Source of the DNA: the human T2T-CHM13v2.0 reference genome, Homo sapiens
Direction: 5' to 3' (one strand)
DNA length: 64,000 nucleotides
Assembly (NCBI RefSeq): GCF_009914755.1
Contig: NC_060931.1
The notes under the pieces were generated by a model. That model had not been told where the DNA came from, made no database searches, and saw only the letters and a list, made by a program, of their open reading frames with translations. This document shows positions 44,123 through 61,075 of this stretch, in pieces. The first letter of the stretch is position 1. Each line of letters begins with the position of its first letter. The position numbers were made by a program, and so were the translations under genes.

Positions 44123-44460
44123 TAACCACAAATATAATTGAAATATATTTGTATCTTCAGCTTGTGTAGGCATTGGCAAGCCTTCTTCCAGAATGTAGTA
44201 GCAACTTATACTACCTGATTTATATGAGGGATTATTTATTATCTAATTATCCTTATTTTCTAAACCCTACAGTATGCTGGCTCCCTCGTCACTCTGTGAA
44301 GACAAAAACCTTTTATTTCATTCACCACTATATTTGCAATTTTTCAATTAAGTACATAAATTTGATTTGACTTTGAAGCATTTATTTATTTATTTATTTA
44401 GAGACAGCTTGAGCCACTGTACCCGGCCTAAGCATTTATTTTTTTTAAAGAATAACTACG

Positions 44461-44765
44461 GGCCTGGCGCAGTGGCTCATGCCTATAATCCCAACACTTT
44501 GGGAGACAGAAGCAGGCGGGTCGTGAGGTCAGGATTTCGAGACTAGCCTGGCCAATATGGTGAAACCCTGTTTCTCTAAAAATACAAAAATTAGCCAGGC
44601 GTAGTGGCGTGCATCTGTAGTCCAAGCTACTCAGCAGGCTGAGGCAGGAGAATCGGTTGAACCCAGGAGGTAGAGGTTGCAGTGTGCCAAGATAGCACCA
44701 CTGCACTCCAGCCTGAGTGACAGAGCAAGACTCAGTCTCAAAAAATAAATAAATAAATAAAATGA
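44461..44765 (+). mobile_element. AluS-like
   Basis: Sense Alu consensus. Confidence 0.9.
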
Positions 44766-45078
44766 AAATAAAAAATAACTGTAGTAAAACACATCTCTGA
44801 ACATTATTTTCTTTTCCACAACTGTTTCTTTACATGTAGGATTCCTCTGCCAAAATTTTTTCATTCTTTTCTTAGCCATTCTCAGTCAGGATTATTTTTC
44901 TGACTGTACAGAGAGACTGTAACTGAGCAGGTGCAATTTCAGCAAAGTCTTGAAGAAGATAGGCCTCGGCTGACCAGGTAAACTCTAAGCAATTGTAAAT
45001 AACTATCTTTTAAAGGTGTATAATTTTTATTTTATATTGATTTACCAGGACAATCACCATTACAAAAAAATCAATTTA

Positions 45079-45385
<307 letters not shown>

Positions 45386-46010
45386 CAATCTAATTACAAT
45401 ATATCTAGAGATTTAACCCACATCTAAATGTTAAATTGACACTACAATATAATATTTAAATCTGCAAAAAGACATTAGAACATGTGGTCAATAATACCAT
45501 GAGCTGCCACAAGCTTTTAGCAGATAATACAAATGACAATCACCTCTTTATGCCCATACAGGAGAAAAACATACTTGTGCATCTCATATATATCAGAAAA
45601 GAGAAAAATGCAGAATTCAATTTGCGGAAAAAGGTTGTTTATACCAGATATATACATTTTACTGATGGTTGTCCAGTATAATTTTTAAGTTTTCTGTATT
45701 ACATTTTACCAAATATATATAATCCTGTTGCTCACAAGAGAGGAGCAAAAGCTAAACTATTCAAATGGTCATAAGAATTTTTGGAAAATAATATATCGTT
45801 AAAAAGAAGTTGAAAGTGTAATAGTTGACCCCTTAGGAATCTTAAATATTCCATTTAATTGCACTTAGATGGCAAGAGCTGGAGTTTTGATTAAGTTGGC
45901 CAATTCAAAATCCTCCAGAGAGAAGTTATCAGGTATCAACATTTAAGGCAGATTTTATTCATTTAAAGCATCTTAAGAAGTAACGGAAACTGCAGAAATT
46001 AAAGAATTCA

Positions 46011-46308
<298 letters not shown>

Positions 46309-46778
46309 TTAATTCAGGATTTCCACTAGTAATAAATTATATTGAAAATGTTGTTAGATTGTGTTGGCCATTTGACAGCTGCTATTTATAACTGTTTCAT
46401 AAGCCTGCTGAGTCACAGGGGCAGATAAGCAATCACTGTTGTTTACATGTTCCTTTTCAGGCAGCTTTTATTAGCATGCAAATATTATCATCTTCCCAAC
46501 CACAGACCCCAACATGCAAGATTTTACTTTGTGTCCAAAGGGACAGCCTTGCTTGGTTGCTTACAATCATCATGGTCATAAAGACAAAGTCCCAGTTCCC
46601 TGATACCTCTGCTTTCCAATCTGTGCATGAGACAGCCTTTGTGAGGCCCAGCATGGCCAGCTGTGCCTCTCCTTTCTGGTGGAATGTATTAAACACCTTT
46701 TAATTGCATTCACCTCCTTTTAATGTGTTAACATCCAGGCGAAATTCATGAGGCCTGCTTTAGAAAAATCATGTTGCA

Positions 46779-47207
<429 letters not shown>

Positions 47208-47568
47208 CTAGGATGTCAAGGAAGAGGTCACAAAACATCAACTCCAAAATATTCACATAAATTTAACAATTTAGAGATGGTTGTTACTTTTTGTTCTAGA
47301 TTATTTCTACTTTCAGTAAAGCAAGTATTTATTGTAATACAGAAGCATTGGAAAATTAACACTAATATAACTAATGTCTGAGTCCTGAAGACTTTCCTCT
47401 GGAACCTCAGTAAATTTACTTAATCTAAATGGGTCCAGGTGCTGAGGTGATTACCCTTATCTTGTCTCCTGCTGAATCACGGAGGTTAGGGTAGTTCCTT
47501 CAGACCCCCAGTAAACTTGTTTGTGGAGGCCTGGGGGTTTCTTCAGACCCACAAAAAAGCTCATTTAA

Positions 47569-48027
<459 letters not shown>

Positions 48028-48787
48028 TGAACCACTCAGTCAGTACTGAAACAGTTGTTTTGGAGGCCTCTATTAGTAAGAGCTGGACTGCCACAATCCC
48101 TACTGTCAATTCATGCATGATTTCTGTCTTGCTTGTGTATTTATTTATCACAAGAATTGGAGGGAGATGAGGGGGTCATAATCCTTCTGGATACTTCCTG
48201 CAGAGAGGGGGTCATTGTTATGGGGCACTGAATGCAGCGCTGGAGTGGAAGAGGTCAATTTGTTTCCTATAGCACTCTCTGTTTTGGGGGCTTAGAGGCA
48301 GCACCTTCTGAAACATAATAGTATGCAACAGAAGCACGCATAAATAGGTTGCTGCTCTTCTGAAGTTTAAGTCATCTAGTCTTTAGTTCACAGGGCTTTA
48401 AGAAAGCACAGCTTGGGTTTTAGTGATTTCTTATTAGGAAAAATGGGGAAACAGAACAATATAAAGCAAAAAGTTAAAAACATTATTTTGGAGACTTGTA
48501 GCCAGAAAAATTAGAATTTAATCCAAACTGTAGAAAACAATAAAATTTGAAAAACATCAGGTAAGACTAGAATTTAATCACAGGTGTACTATTGTTTTTG
48601 AAACATAACTTCTTTCTCTCCAGTTTCTCAGTTTTACTAAAAGATAAATTGTGGTAGGACTGGTTTGCTTTATTATACTTGGCCTAATTATTGGTATACA
48701 GTGCAGCAAGAATAATTATTTTTCACATAGGCCCTTTAAATTGGCTTTGATGGAACTTTGTTCCATAGAAGGAATCTGAGATAAGAC

Positions 48788-49176
<389 letters not shown>

Positions 49177-50180
49177 TTAGAAAGTGACATTCTTTACTTA
49201 TCACAGATCAGAAACCCTGTACAGGGACTGTGTACACAAAATATGAAGCCAGTTTTCCAAGGGCTTTATTGGCTTCATAAATCAAGTTTGATTCCTTAAA
49301 GGAGAGCACACCATTCTAGTCAAAGCCTTGGTAAAATAACCAGGTTTGCCAATTGTGTCCTGTTACAAAAGAAAACAAATTCTTATTGCACTTATGCAAA
49401 TAACTATATTGCTATAAATTAAGAATACTCAAAATAGTTTCCAAGTTCTGCAGAAATCAGGTAGAGAGAAATAAATATGCTCCAAATTTTGTTCATAGGA
49501 GTATACTTAATTGTTAAAAGCTGTTAATAGCTCCAAATTTTGTTGATAGAAGTACACTTGTTAAAAGCTGTTAATAGTTCAAAAGAAAAGTTTCCTTGAT
49601 TCTGAAAAACAAAACAAAGGATTAGCAGCAATTTAAGCAAAAAGTCAATAAGATCACTTCAGTTTCCCATTAGTTTAATTTATGCATTTAATTCCTGTTC
49701 TGCTTGACATTAATGAACATTTTAGCACTTCAAGAGTCCTGAACATTTTTCCTTTATTCTTATGTCACAATCTCCAAAGTGATCAGAAACCTGCATTCAA
49801 GAGCACTGTTTAGAGCTTTACAGATGATTATAAAACCACCTTCTAAAGAGGACCAAAACAAGAAAACAATTGTTTACTGATGACAAAAAGTTTTAGGATA
49901 GCCATAGTTAAAAACACGATTGACAGTGAAAATTGTTACCTCTATGGCACACAATAATTTAACATAACAATTGTAATTATTACTGGTAACATACACTAAG
50001 ATATATCAGAATTATAGGAGTTTCACATGATTTTGGAACACATACCAATAACATATTTATACAAATATAGCCCAAAGAAAGCCAAGCCCCATTTTATATT
50101 TGGCAATGCTTCCTGTATGATTTTTGGTACCAAATGAGCCAAATTTTACCTTTTACATTGTTAAACCCAATTCTTAATAA

Positions 50181-50495
<315 letters not shown>

Positions 50496-50588
50496 CCACT
50501 AACCTGCTCTTTAACAAAAATTGTAAAGGGTTATAAAATGTCTATAAAAATGTTACCTCATACTCAAACATTAAAATTGGGTAAATAT

Positions 50589-50730
50589 GGCTGGGCATGG
50601 TGGCTCATGCCTGTAATCCCAGCACTTTGAGAGACCGAGGTGGATGAATCATGAGGTCAGGAGCTCGAGACCAGCCTGGGCAACAGAGCGAGACTCTGTC
50701 TCCAAAGAAAAAAAAAAGCAAAAAAAAAGC
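50589..50730 (+). mobile_element. Alu left/right-arm recombinant monomer
   Basis: Left arm joins right-arm 3' end at ccagcctgg. Confidence 0.8.
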
Positions 50731-52559
50731 AGGATAGTGCTGTAAGAGAAACCCATTGTGCTTTTATTTTAATGCTCAATTTACAGAAAAACTGGACAAT
50801 ACCCTTTTTAACTACAGCCAGTATGTTTACACACAGAATTTCCTTTACAATCACCCTTCCACAACTTGCTTAAACCTTTGTCTTTATCTTATCCAACTTA
50901 AAACAGTTCTTTAACCTTTTAATCTAGTCAGATATCCACATTCTCATGCTTCCTTATAATTTATTTTACCAAAAGTATATATATATTTTTTACATTGCAT
51001 ATAAACCATTCCTTCAATAGTCACACATACATGTTACAATGTTAACTCTTAGCAACCTTCACTTTTGGTGAAAACCCAGGTAAGTTTGGGATTTTAATGA
51101 TGTACTAGATGTGGAGCCTAGGACCTAGACAGAAGTGCAGATAAGGTCTGACTTATTCCAGCATCTAACTCCATATATCCCAGGACATACCTAGCTGTAA
51201 AGCAGGCAAGTTGTATAGCTAAGAGTCATAGTGGCATTTTATAAAGTATTTAGGAGGCCTAATTACCTTTAAATTGTATGACATTTCTTGCATAAATTCC
51301 CCTTTATAAATTCTTTCACTACTTACACAGACAAGCTATGACATGCCTTGACTTTCTGACTTGTCCTAAACATTCCTTTTTTTTAAATGACCAGTTATTT
51401 TACTATATGACAAGAATTTACCATACAAGATCCTTTCTTACATAAAATATCTGTTCTTTAATACCTTTTTGCATAGCTAGGGGCATGGCTAATTTCATAT
51501 GTCCACAGGCCTTATCTAGAATTTAACACTCCAAAAGAAATTGAACAATTTTTAAGTCAAAAAAGTAGTGTATGACCTAAAGCCTTCAGCAAATGTAATA
51601 TTTGATCAGCATAATTTAGACCAAATGTTTACATTTCTGAAAATATTTATATTTTACCAATAATCTTTAAAACTATCTTTATTTTTATAACTTTCTTTAT
51701 ATCTCCTTTATTTCCTGGTTTATTTTACTTTGTTTTATATATAACCTTTAAATAAGCTTTGAATTAGATGAAAATTGGTTCCCCTTTAAAAAGGACATAA
51801 TTTCTAGAAAGAATGTTTTCCTACAATATATTTTTTATTGGAAAATACCCAAATAATGAAATAACTGTTGTTTAATTTAACTTTAGATTCCAAATTATGA
51901 CAAAGTTGTTTATGAGTATTTATCCCATTACATTTATCTGTGATTTATTTTAACCATTTACCTAGATTATTTATGAAAACTGTGATAGTCATTATTTAAA
52001 GTTATGAAACTGCCATTGCAAAATTATAACTGAGACAGTGAAAATAATCTGACCTAAGTGACTCCATCTTGCTTCTAACTTCTAGTCTATTCTTATTCAT
52101 CAACTTAGTTTACAGTTTAGCTTTGAAACAAAGATGATAACAGTCCTTTCCCAGAACAAATTTCCTTCATGTCTGTGGACTAGACTGCCTAAAGCCACAA
52201 AATTAGAAGTGAGGGTATTTTACTGAATTATTCAAGTTGTAGCTATCTTCATTAAACAAATATTAATGTTTTATTTTTTAAGAGTTACACAGCAAAGATC
52301 ATTCTGTTTTGGGCTGAGTTATAGTTTTGTAGCCTCTATGCCAAATTTTGACACCTTATAGTTTTTGGCAGAGATAAGTATAAAATTGCTTTATCAATAA
52401 ATGCAGGCAAAAATGTATGCTGGCAACTCTTAAGACATTTCTAATATTACTTTACCAATAATTTTTAAAGGTAGCTTATTTATTATTTTACTAAGCCATA
52501 TAAACTTAAAAAAGCATTTGACTAGTCTTTTCTTTTTTCTGTTAAAGTATTTAAGTGCT

Positions 52560-52858
52560 AGCCAGGTGCGGTGGCTCATGACTGTAATCCCAGCACTTTG
52601 GGAGGCCAAGGGGGGTGGATCACAAGGTAAAGAGTTTGAGACCAGCCTGGCCAATATGGTGAAACCCCTTCTATACTGAAAATACAAAAATTAGCCAGGC
52701 ATGGTATGAGGTGCCTATAGTCCCAGCTACTTGGAAGGCTGAGGCAGGAGAATCTCTTGATCCCGGGAGGTGGAGGGTTGCAGTGAGCCAAGATTGCACC
52801 ACTGCACTCCAGCCTGGGTGGCAGAGCAAGATTCCATCTCCAAAAAAAAAAAAAAAAA
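52560..52858 (+). mobile_element. AluS-like
   Basis: Sense Alu, TSD about atttaagtgct. Confidence 0.9.
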
Positions 52859-53394
52859 GCATTTAAGTGCTTTTTTTTTGAGCCAATTGGTTAGAATTCT
52901 TTTATATATTTTCAGTAGTAAACATGGGGTACACTAGACATAAATACATAGACATATTAGCCATGCCAATAGAAGTACATTTAATAGATTCATAAGACCT
53001 CCTTTTTCCTATCTTCGACTTGCAAACTCTTGATGACCTGCTTTATTACTCTGGCAGTTGTCAGCTACATAGGCCTAAATCTGCATGTGGAAGGAAACAA
53101 CTCTTAGGTGAAAATCAAATGGCAAAATTTACATCTCAAGGTACAGAAAGAGAAAGTCTGGTGGTGCTAGAGGGAGATTAAAAATGGATGCCAGATCAAA
53201 CAAAAGATTATAGAAATTTTTCAAACAACTGTATAAGGAGACTAACTTTATTTAGATCTTGACTACCTATCTTTTAGCTGGATCATTGAGCTCTGAGCAG
53301 AGCCCACACTGAATCCTCGGTTTTCAAAAAGGGAGAATTATTATGAGACTAGACTATTTGATGCTTTTACAGTGCACTTAAGAATTTTTTTCCC

Positions 53395-53686
53395 AGGTCG
53401 GGCACAGTGGCTCATACCTGTAATCCTAGCACTTTGGGAGGCTGAGGCAGTTGGATCACATGAGGTCAGGAGTTCAAGTCCAGCCTGGCCAACATGGCGA
53501 AACCTCAATTCTACTAAAAATACAAAAATTCAACAGGCATGGTAGTGGGCACCTATAATCCCAGCTACTTGGGAGACTGAGGCACAAGAATTGCTTGAAC
53601 TCGGGGAGGCAGAGGTTGCAGTGAGCCGAGCTCACGCCGTTTCACTCCAGCTTGGGCGAAAAAGTGAAACTTGGTATCAAAAAAAA
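53395..53686 (+). mobile_element. AluS-like
   Basis: Sense Alu consensus. Confidence 0.9.
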
Positions 53687-55009
53687 ATTTTTTTTTCCCA
53701 AACGAAGGCATTTCTAAGTGTCTAAATTACACTTTTTCTTAAAAATCCCAGAGTAGCTTCTGTTGCAATAGCTATTAATGAAGAAAACAGAATTCAGTTA
53801 ATCTGAGAAAATTTTTGCTCAAAAAGGCAACATCCTAGGAGAGAAATAAACAAAAATAAAAACATGGTTGCCTTTTAAATACAAGCATGCACACATACAT
53901 ATACACATGTTGGATGTTAGCTTTTAATGAAGCTGACAATTAGCTATTGAGCTCCTAAAAATTTTTTTTTTCTTCCCAGAGGCCTCTCAGCAGGACTGGA
54001 CCCAATACCTCCCATTTTCAAGTTTACATGGTATCAAAAAGGATAAGACAGATACACAAACGAGCGGAGACAAATTCTGGACAACACAAGTGGGAGTGCA
54101 CTCAGACAAAAGGGACTTAAAACCAACTCAAAACCTGATCTCAACCAAAGTGTAAAGTGGGTATATGAGTGAGCCCTATTGTTTCCCTTGGCAGTACCTG
54201 ACAAATGGCTTAACAAGCCCAGATAAGAAAACAATAGGCTCCCGGCATATGATTGGGTGGTCTCACCCTTTGAACGTGTCCACTCCTGATCTCCATTCTT
54301 CCCCAGTAGTGAAAGAGACATGCAATTTTGCACACGGGACAGCCTTCGGGAGGGGCTGTCTCATCTCAAGCCGCTGGCTGCTGAATGCAACACCATCCTG
54401 GTCTTTCCTGGCCGTTGTGCCAAATTTTGTTCCTGGACCAAACTAATGATTGGGCTGCTATTTCAGATGAACTGGGGATGAAGAGAATTTTTTTTTTCTG
54501 CAACTGGTTACAGGAAGAAGGCCTGGAAATTATCAACAGACAAACTCAAGATGAAGTTCTTCATTATTTTGTCATGCTTTAGGGCACAGGAAAGGCCTAG
54601 GCAAAACTCTTGGTGAGCTTTTGTTACATTCTAGCCTTTGTATAAGTGCACTGGCTCTTAACATTTAACTTAAGCACTCAGTCAGTACTGAAACAGTTGC
54701 TATGGAAGACTGCATTAGTGAGACCTGGCCTGACACACTGGGATTAAAGGCATGAGCGCCACACCCAGCTGAATGCAATTTTTTACTGCAAAGTCTTCTC
54801 CCCACGATAATAGTCACCAAGGCCAGAACACCTAGCACAGTGCTCTGCACATATTGTGCACTTGGTAGGTATGAAACTGATTTGAATTAGGAGTGAAATA
54901 AGTAGCAGATGTCAGTTCTGCAAAAGATAGAAAGTAGGCAATACAAGTAAGACTGAAAGACAACAACTCAGCAGCAAACACTTTTACATTTATTTAAGAA
55001 ATATTTTCA

Positions 55010-55300
<291 letters not shown>

Positions 55301-55340
55301 ATTTTTTTTTTCAACTAGTTAACCAAATGATGTTAGTTTA

Positions 55341-55522
55341 AAGCAGTGATTTGGGGGTTTGGCTGAATAGTGCAATCACCTGCAGACCTTCATATCACAC
55401 TATTGCCTGGGTCTCACTCCAGGAATTTTGATTAATTGTTCCATTGCAAATTGGGTTTGGGGACTTTAAATAACCCCACTTCAGTTTGTACTAATATGCA
55501 GCCAGGGGTGAAAAGCATTGAT
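55341..55522. mobile_element. MER5-like hAT DNA transposon remnant
   Basis: cagtg...aatcacctg...taatatgcagccagggg...gcattg. Confidence 0.5.
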
Positions 55523-56836
55523 TCAGGGTGAGGAATGCATCGGTTGTGTGATTTTTATATGTGCTTCAGGGCTTTGCCCTATAGCTACTCCTAAATTTGT
55601 GGTCTTATAAAATATCTTTGCCTTTTAAGGCATCCACAACTGTTCAGCCAAATTGCAGCAGAAGAAAATAGTCAGCAGCTCTATCAGGCACAGTAATTTG
55701 ATGTAGTTTGTTTTGGAACTCATACATAGTCTACAAATACCAAAGAGAGATACAAAGAGTTTGCAGATATATGGAGTGCATTATAGGTGTTTTCAAATTT
55801 CTCCTGTGATAAGAAATAAAAAATATAATTTTAGGCCTTAATTTCTAAACTCAGTGCTCAGCCATTTCCTCTGTTTTTCCCACAGGCTTCAGCAGTATTC
55901 TCTGGTGATAATGAATTTATTTCAATGTTTGAAGAGTACTAGGTAAATGGAATGAGAATATATATATATATAGCTTCTATTTCAGAAGTGTCTCTCTCCA
56001 GGACCTCGATGGACTAGAAAACCTGGCTGAGTAGTGTGGTCTATTGAGGTGAATGAGATTTGGACTCAGACAGAGTTAATCCTGAGTCCCAGCCCAGCAG
56101 CTTAGTAGCTGTGGGACAGTTATATAAATCTTATGTGCAAGAAAAGGTATAATAATATTGATTGAAAATACAACAATTCTTTTTATTCATTCTTATAGTC
56201 ATGCCCTTAGCAATATGCTTTTATAGTAGTTCCCATCAACAGGAAGAATCTGTTTTTCAAACCTTGGATCTTTCTGGTCTTATTTGCATGGGGCAAAACT
56301 GTGAATATGACAGTGTGCCAGTTTTGGTCTTAAAAGCCCATTTTAGCCTGCTGAAAAATAAAATATCATGGGGAGAAAAACCAAAGTGCCCCAGTTGACA
56401 GACAGCTCACTCTCAGAAGCAGAGCCACCTAATCTGCCATCAGCTGACCATTCATGCCTGAAGAAGCCCAGCTGAGCTCAGCCTAAATTTCTAACCAGCT
56501 CAATAATGAGCTAGTAAGCTTTGGGATAGTTTGTTATGCAGTTATGTCTTACTAAAAAATACATTTATTATAGGCAGGATGTAAGGATTTCAGTAAAGTT
56601 TAATTACAAATAACCTCCAGATGTTTGGCACCCTATAAGTATTAATTTTCTTTTTCCTTCATTTAAAGTTAGATTTCACTTAGATGGTACTGAGTTATAC
56701 AGAAGAGCAGGTAGATGTGGATGCATGTGATTGGTGCTGAAACTCACACAGTGCCCCACATCACAGGAGAAAAACACGCAGCTACAGCTGAACAATTAGG
56801 TCCAAGGCCAAACGGCAAAATAAGAAGTTGGCCTTT

Positions 56837-57188
56837 GTATTAGTCCATTTTCACACTGCTGTAAAGAACTACCTGAAACTGGGTAGTTTAAGAGAAGAGG
56901 TTTAATTGACTCACAGTTTTACATGGCTAAGGGGGGCTCTGGAATCTTACAATCATGGCAGAAAGCAAAAGGAAAACAAGGCCCGTCTTCACAAGGTGGC
57001 AGGAAAGAAAGAGAGAGGAAGAAACACATTTATTAAACAACCAGATCTCATAAGAACTCTATCACAAAACAGCAAGGGGAAGTCTGCCCCTTATGACTCA
57101 ATCACTTCGCACCAGGTTTCTCCCCTGACATGTGGGGATTACAATTCAAGATGAGATTTGAGTGGGGACACAGAACCAAACCATATCA
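56837..57188 (-). mobile_element. MaLR solo LTR (MSTA/THE1-like)
   Basis: tgtattagtccattttcacactgctgtaaagaac...gagatttgagtggggacacagaaccaaaccatatca. Confidence 0.85.
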
Positions 57189-57446
57189 GCCTTTAGTCTA
57201 TTTTCTCCACATCTAAACTTTGGAGGTCAACACTATAAAGAGTCCTGAAGACATGGGGTTCCCTGTTGCTGGGGCCCTATCATCCATTGTTTACTGTCTG
57301 ATGTTTGGAAGGAAGAGGAATTCTCACCAAACAGAAACTGGGAGACAATGGTCTACATGTGGACACTTCCTGCTTGCAGTGGCTGCTCATTCTAGGGGCA
57401 CTGTCCCTCCCATCTTTGGGCCTGAACGGAGAAGTTTATAAGGAGA

Positions 57447-57890
57447 TGTTGCAGGCCAAAAGAGTGAGGGTTGTGATCAACTCAGTATACCACTGGAGGC
57501 TATATGAGTAAACAGCAAACTGTTCTCATAAATGCAGGATGTTAGCAGCTGACAACTGCATCTGCCACCCAGAAAGAATGCTGAGGGCAGTCACACCCCA
57601 AGCACAGTGCTTCTTGTAATTAGGCACATCTGAAGCCTGTTAGCAATAATGTGAACCTGTGATCACTCAAGCAGCTGACCAAACATTACCTCCTCCTTCC
57701 TGCTTTCTCTACCCAATAAATATGAAGGGCTGTAGAAGCTCAAGGTGGCTGTCTTCACTCACCAGACGCAGGGCGTCCTCTTCTTCTTCCCCTGGCCCCT
57801 TCCTTTAAAATAGTTTCTTTTGTTTTAGGTTTTCATTTCTCATTTGTCCTCCTTCATTCAGTCCTGTGGTAACCATGGCAAGCTGCAGCA
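57447..57890 (+). mobile_element. Solo LTR3 (HERV-K HML-6)
   Basis: TGTTGCAGGCCAAAAGAGTGAGGGTTGTGATCAACTCAGTATACCACTGG...CA ends; 6-bp near-TSD aggaga/gggaga. Confidence 0.75.
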
Positions 57891-57974
57891 GGGAGAGGCT
57901 GTTCCCTCATTTCCAGCAGAAAGCGGGTATTTAGGCCCTTCAGCTCCCTGAGATCAGAGAGTCAGATCCCTCAG

Positions 57975-58570
<596 letters not shown>

Positions 58571-58609
58571 ATTGCTCTCCTGTTAAAATCTCAGCTTGCC
58601 TACTCAAAA

Positions 58610-59177
58610 TGTGTCCAGAATTTATTCCTTCTGGCGGGTTCTTGGTCTCGCTGACTTCAAGAATGAAGCCACGGACCTTCACAACAAGTGTTACAGCTCT
58701 TAAAGATTGTGTGTCTGGAGTTTCTTCCTTCGGGTCTTCAGATATGTCCGGAGTTTCTTCCTTCTGGTGGGTTCTTGGTCTCACTGACTTCAACAATGAA
58801 GCTGCGGACTTTCATGGTGAGTATTACAGCTCTTAAAGGTGGTGCAGACCCAAAGAGTGAGCAGCAGTAAGATTTATTGTAAAGAGCAAAAGAACAAAGC
58901 TTCCACCCTGTGGAAGGGGACCGCAGCAGGTTGCCACTGCTGGCTCTGGTGGCCAGCTTTTATTCCCTTATTTGGCCCCATCCATATCCTGCTGATTGGT
59001 CCGTTTTACAGAGTGCTGATTGGTCCATTTTACGGAGTGCTGATTGGTCCATTTTACAGAGTGCTGATTGGTGTGTTTTTACAGCATGCTGATTGGTGCG
59101 TTTACAATCCTTTAGCTAGACACAAAAGTTCTCCAAGTCCCCACCTGACTCAGAAGCTTAGCTGGCTTCACCTCTCA
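58610..59177 (-). mobile_element. LTR12-family 3' LTR of a HERV9 provirus
   Basis: Starts TGAGAGGTGAAGCCAGC on the minus strand; tandem CCAATCAGC repeats; AATAAA; repeated U5 units. Confidence 0.85.
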
Positions 59178-59199
59178 ATCCCCACTCTAAACAGGACAC

Positions 59200-61075
59200 C
59201 CCAACTGCTGTTGGGAATTGAGTGATGGCCACTCTAGCTACCTCCTGTGGGATAGGGCTGAAGAAGGGGCCCTGCAGTTGTAGGGTCCTCCAGAGGGGAA
59301 CTCTTTAGGCCAGTGAAAAGGTCAGAAGGTCTGTCCAGGGGTCCTCAGTAGAAGTTGTTAGTTGAGCTCATTTGGGGTTCCATTTTTAAGACCATCTGTA
59401 GCTTGATGGCCTCGATTCTAGAGGAAACAAATTTGACAAGGAGGTTAAAAATACAGGGCCTGAAGGCGAGTAATAACAAGATGACTGTCACGGGAACTTG
59501 AAAGGAGAAAAATCATGTCTCCCAACTCCAGAAGTTGGTATAAGAGGTTGAAAGGCATTGTCTGATTTCAGAAGCCTTTTCCTGTAAATGCCAGGCAGCA
59601 TCTCATACTATCCCTGACTGGTTAGTGTAAAAGCAACACTTTTCTCCTGAGAAGGTGCGGAGTCCTCCTTTCTCATCAGTTAGGAGGTCTAGGCCTCAGC
59701 AGTTTTGGAGAGTCACTGCTGCCAAAGAGTCTATTTGGGATTGTACAGTAAGGATAGATTTCGTTATTTCTTGCAAATTGTCTGAGAAATCCTTTGAGAC
59801 TGTGTGGTAGTAGGATAATAAAGTAGATAAACTGGCTATTCCGGTTCCTGTAGCCATAGCCATTCCTAACCCTGTAAGTAGGGGTATTAGTTGTATGGCT
59901 CTGTGCTGCTGGACTTGAGCTTTGAGGGTTACTGATAGGATCTGATTTCCTGGGGCAATGTTAATGTTGGGACTTAGAAAGACTAAGGTGCAGGTGCCTG
60001 TCCAGATAGTGGGGAGGCAGATTTATAGGTTGACGTTCCACATAAGAATATACCTTGCCTGGGTAGACAGAACTAGTTGTGTATGTTAAAAAGGTGTGTG
60101 AGTTTGTTGTTTTTGTTTTCCCATACTCCTAGAGTACTTGCCAAGGTAGCTCTGGTGAGCAGCTGGAAAGGGGTGTTGGGAGAAAAATGAGTGGCTCCCT
60201 GTGTTCTCTTTTCCCATTGGAGAAAAAACCGTTCTGTATCTACTAGGAACCATTGGAGAGAGTGATTGAAAGAGGGGATGAAAAGGCATTCACTAGTGGT
60301 GGGGGCGCTGCTGCAGGGGGTCCAGGGGTGAATGGTCATGCAGGAAGTATGTTTGCCATTACAAAACCTGGACTGTTTGTTAAGCAGGGAGGAGGTGATG
60401 ATTTTTGGAGACCCTGAGAGACAGACATGCTGTCTGAATGGAGCTGTTTGGGTGACTCAGAAGTTACTATGATCAGTTGGGGCTTGAAGTTGTAGGGTGT
60501 AATTACACTGATGGAGTAGTAGGTGCCCCGGGGGAAGGCCTGATAACAGATTGCGTTGGATGCATAAAGGGGTTTGGAAAGTTAAGGTGGTATTCATAGT
60601 TACATGGCCATGTATGGGCTTTTCATTGCTTGTGTAATAGGTGAGGTTGGAAATGTAAGAATGTTAAAGTTGGTTGCACGTCCTGTTAGGGTATTCTTGG
60701 TCCTATCAGAGATGGGGAAGTTGGCTAATGATTGCATATCTAGATGTCAGAAAGGGTCTTTTCCTTCATAATGAGGATGGTAAGTTAAGTTGGTAAAGAC
60801 CCAGTTTTTTGCGGGAATGGGAGTGGCAACGCAAGCAGAGTTTGATAGAGAGATGCAAAGCCAACAGTCATTTGCCAGGGAAGGATTGGACTGGTTTAAC
60901 AGACAGTGGGTTAAGTTGAGAGTCTTGTATAGGTAATTAGGAGCTAGTGGAAGGGGAGGGGTGATTGTATGAGGTATCCAAGGAAGCAGGAGGGATAGAT
61001 AGGCAAAGAGTATGGTTAGTATGCTGCTTAATAATATGATGAAATAGTAAAAGGATTCCATTAAAGGGGCAAGGA
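59200..61075 (-). pseudogene. Disrupted retroviral env (HERV9 lineage)
   Basis: Signal peptide and CWLC motif (60747-61061); fusion peptide AIQLIPLLTGLG; immunosuppressive motif LQNC*GLDLL; CCFY; multiple stops. Confidence 0.85.

Noticed and set aside
46476-46483. Octamer ATGCAAAT and nearby 75-79 aa ORFs
   Set aside because: A single 8-mer is expected by chance in AT-rich DNA; no recognisable protein or snRNA.
60747-61061. env ORF as a domesticated syncytin-like gene
   Set aside because: Only 104 aa open; stops in the TM including the immunosuppressive motif.
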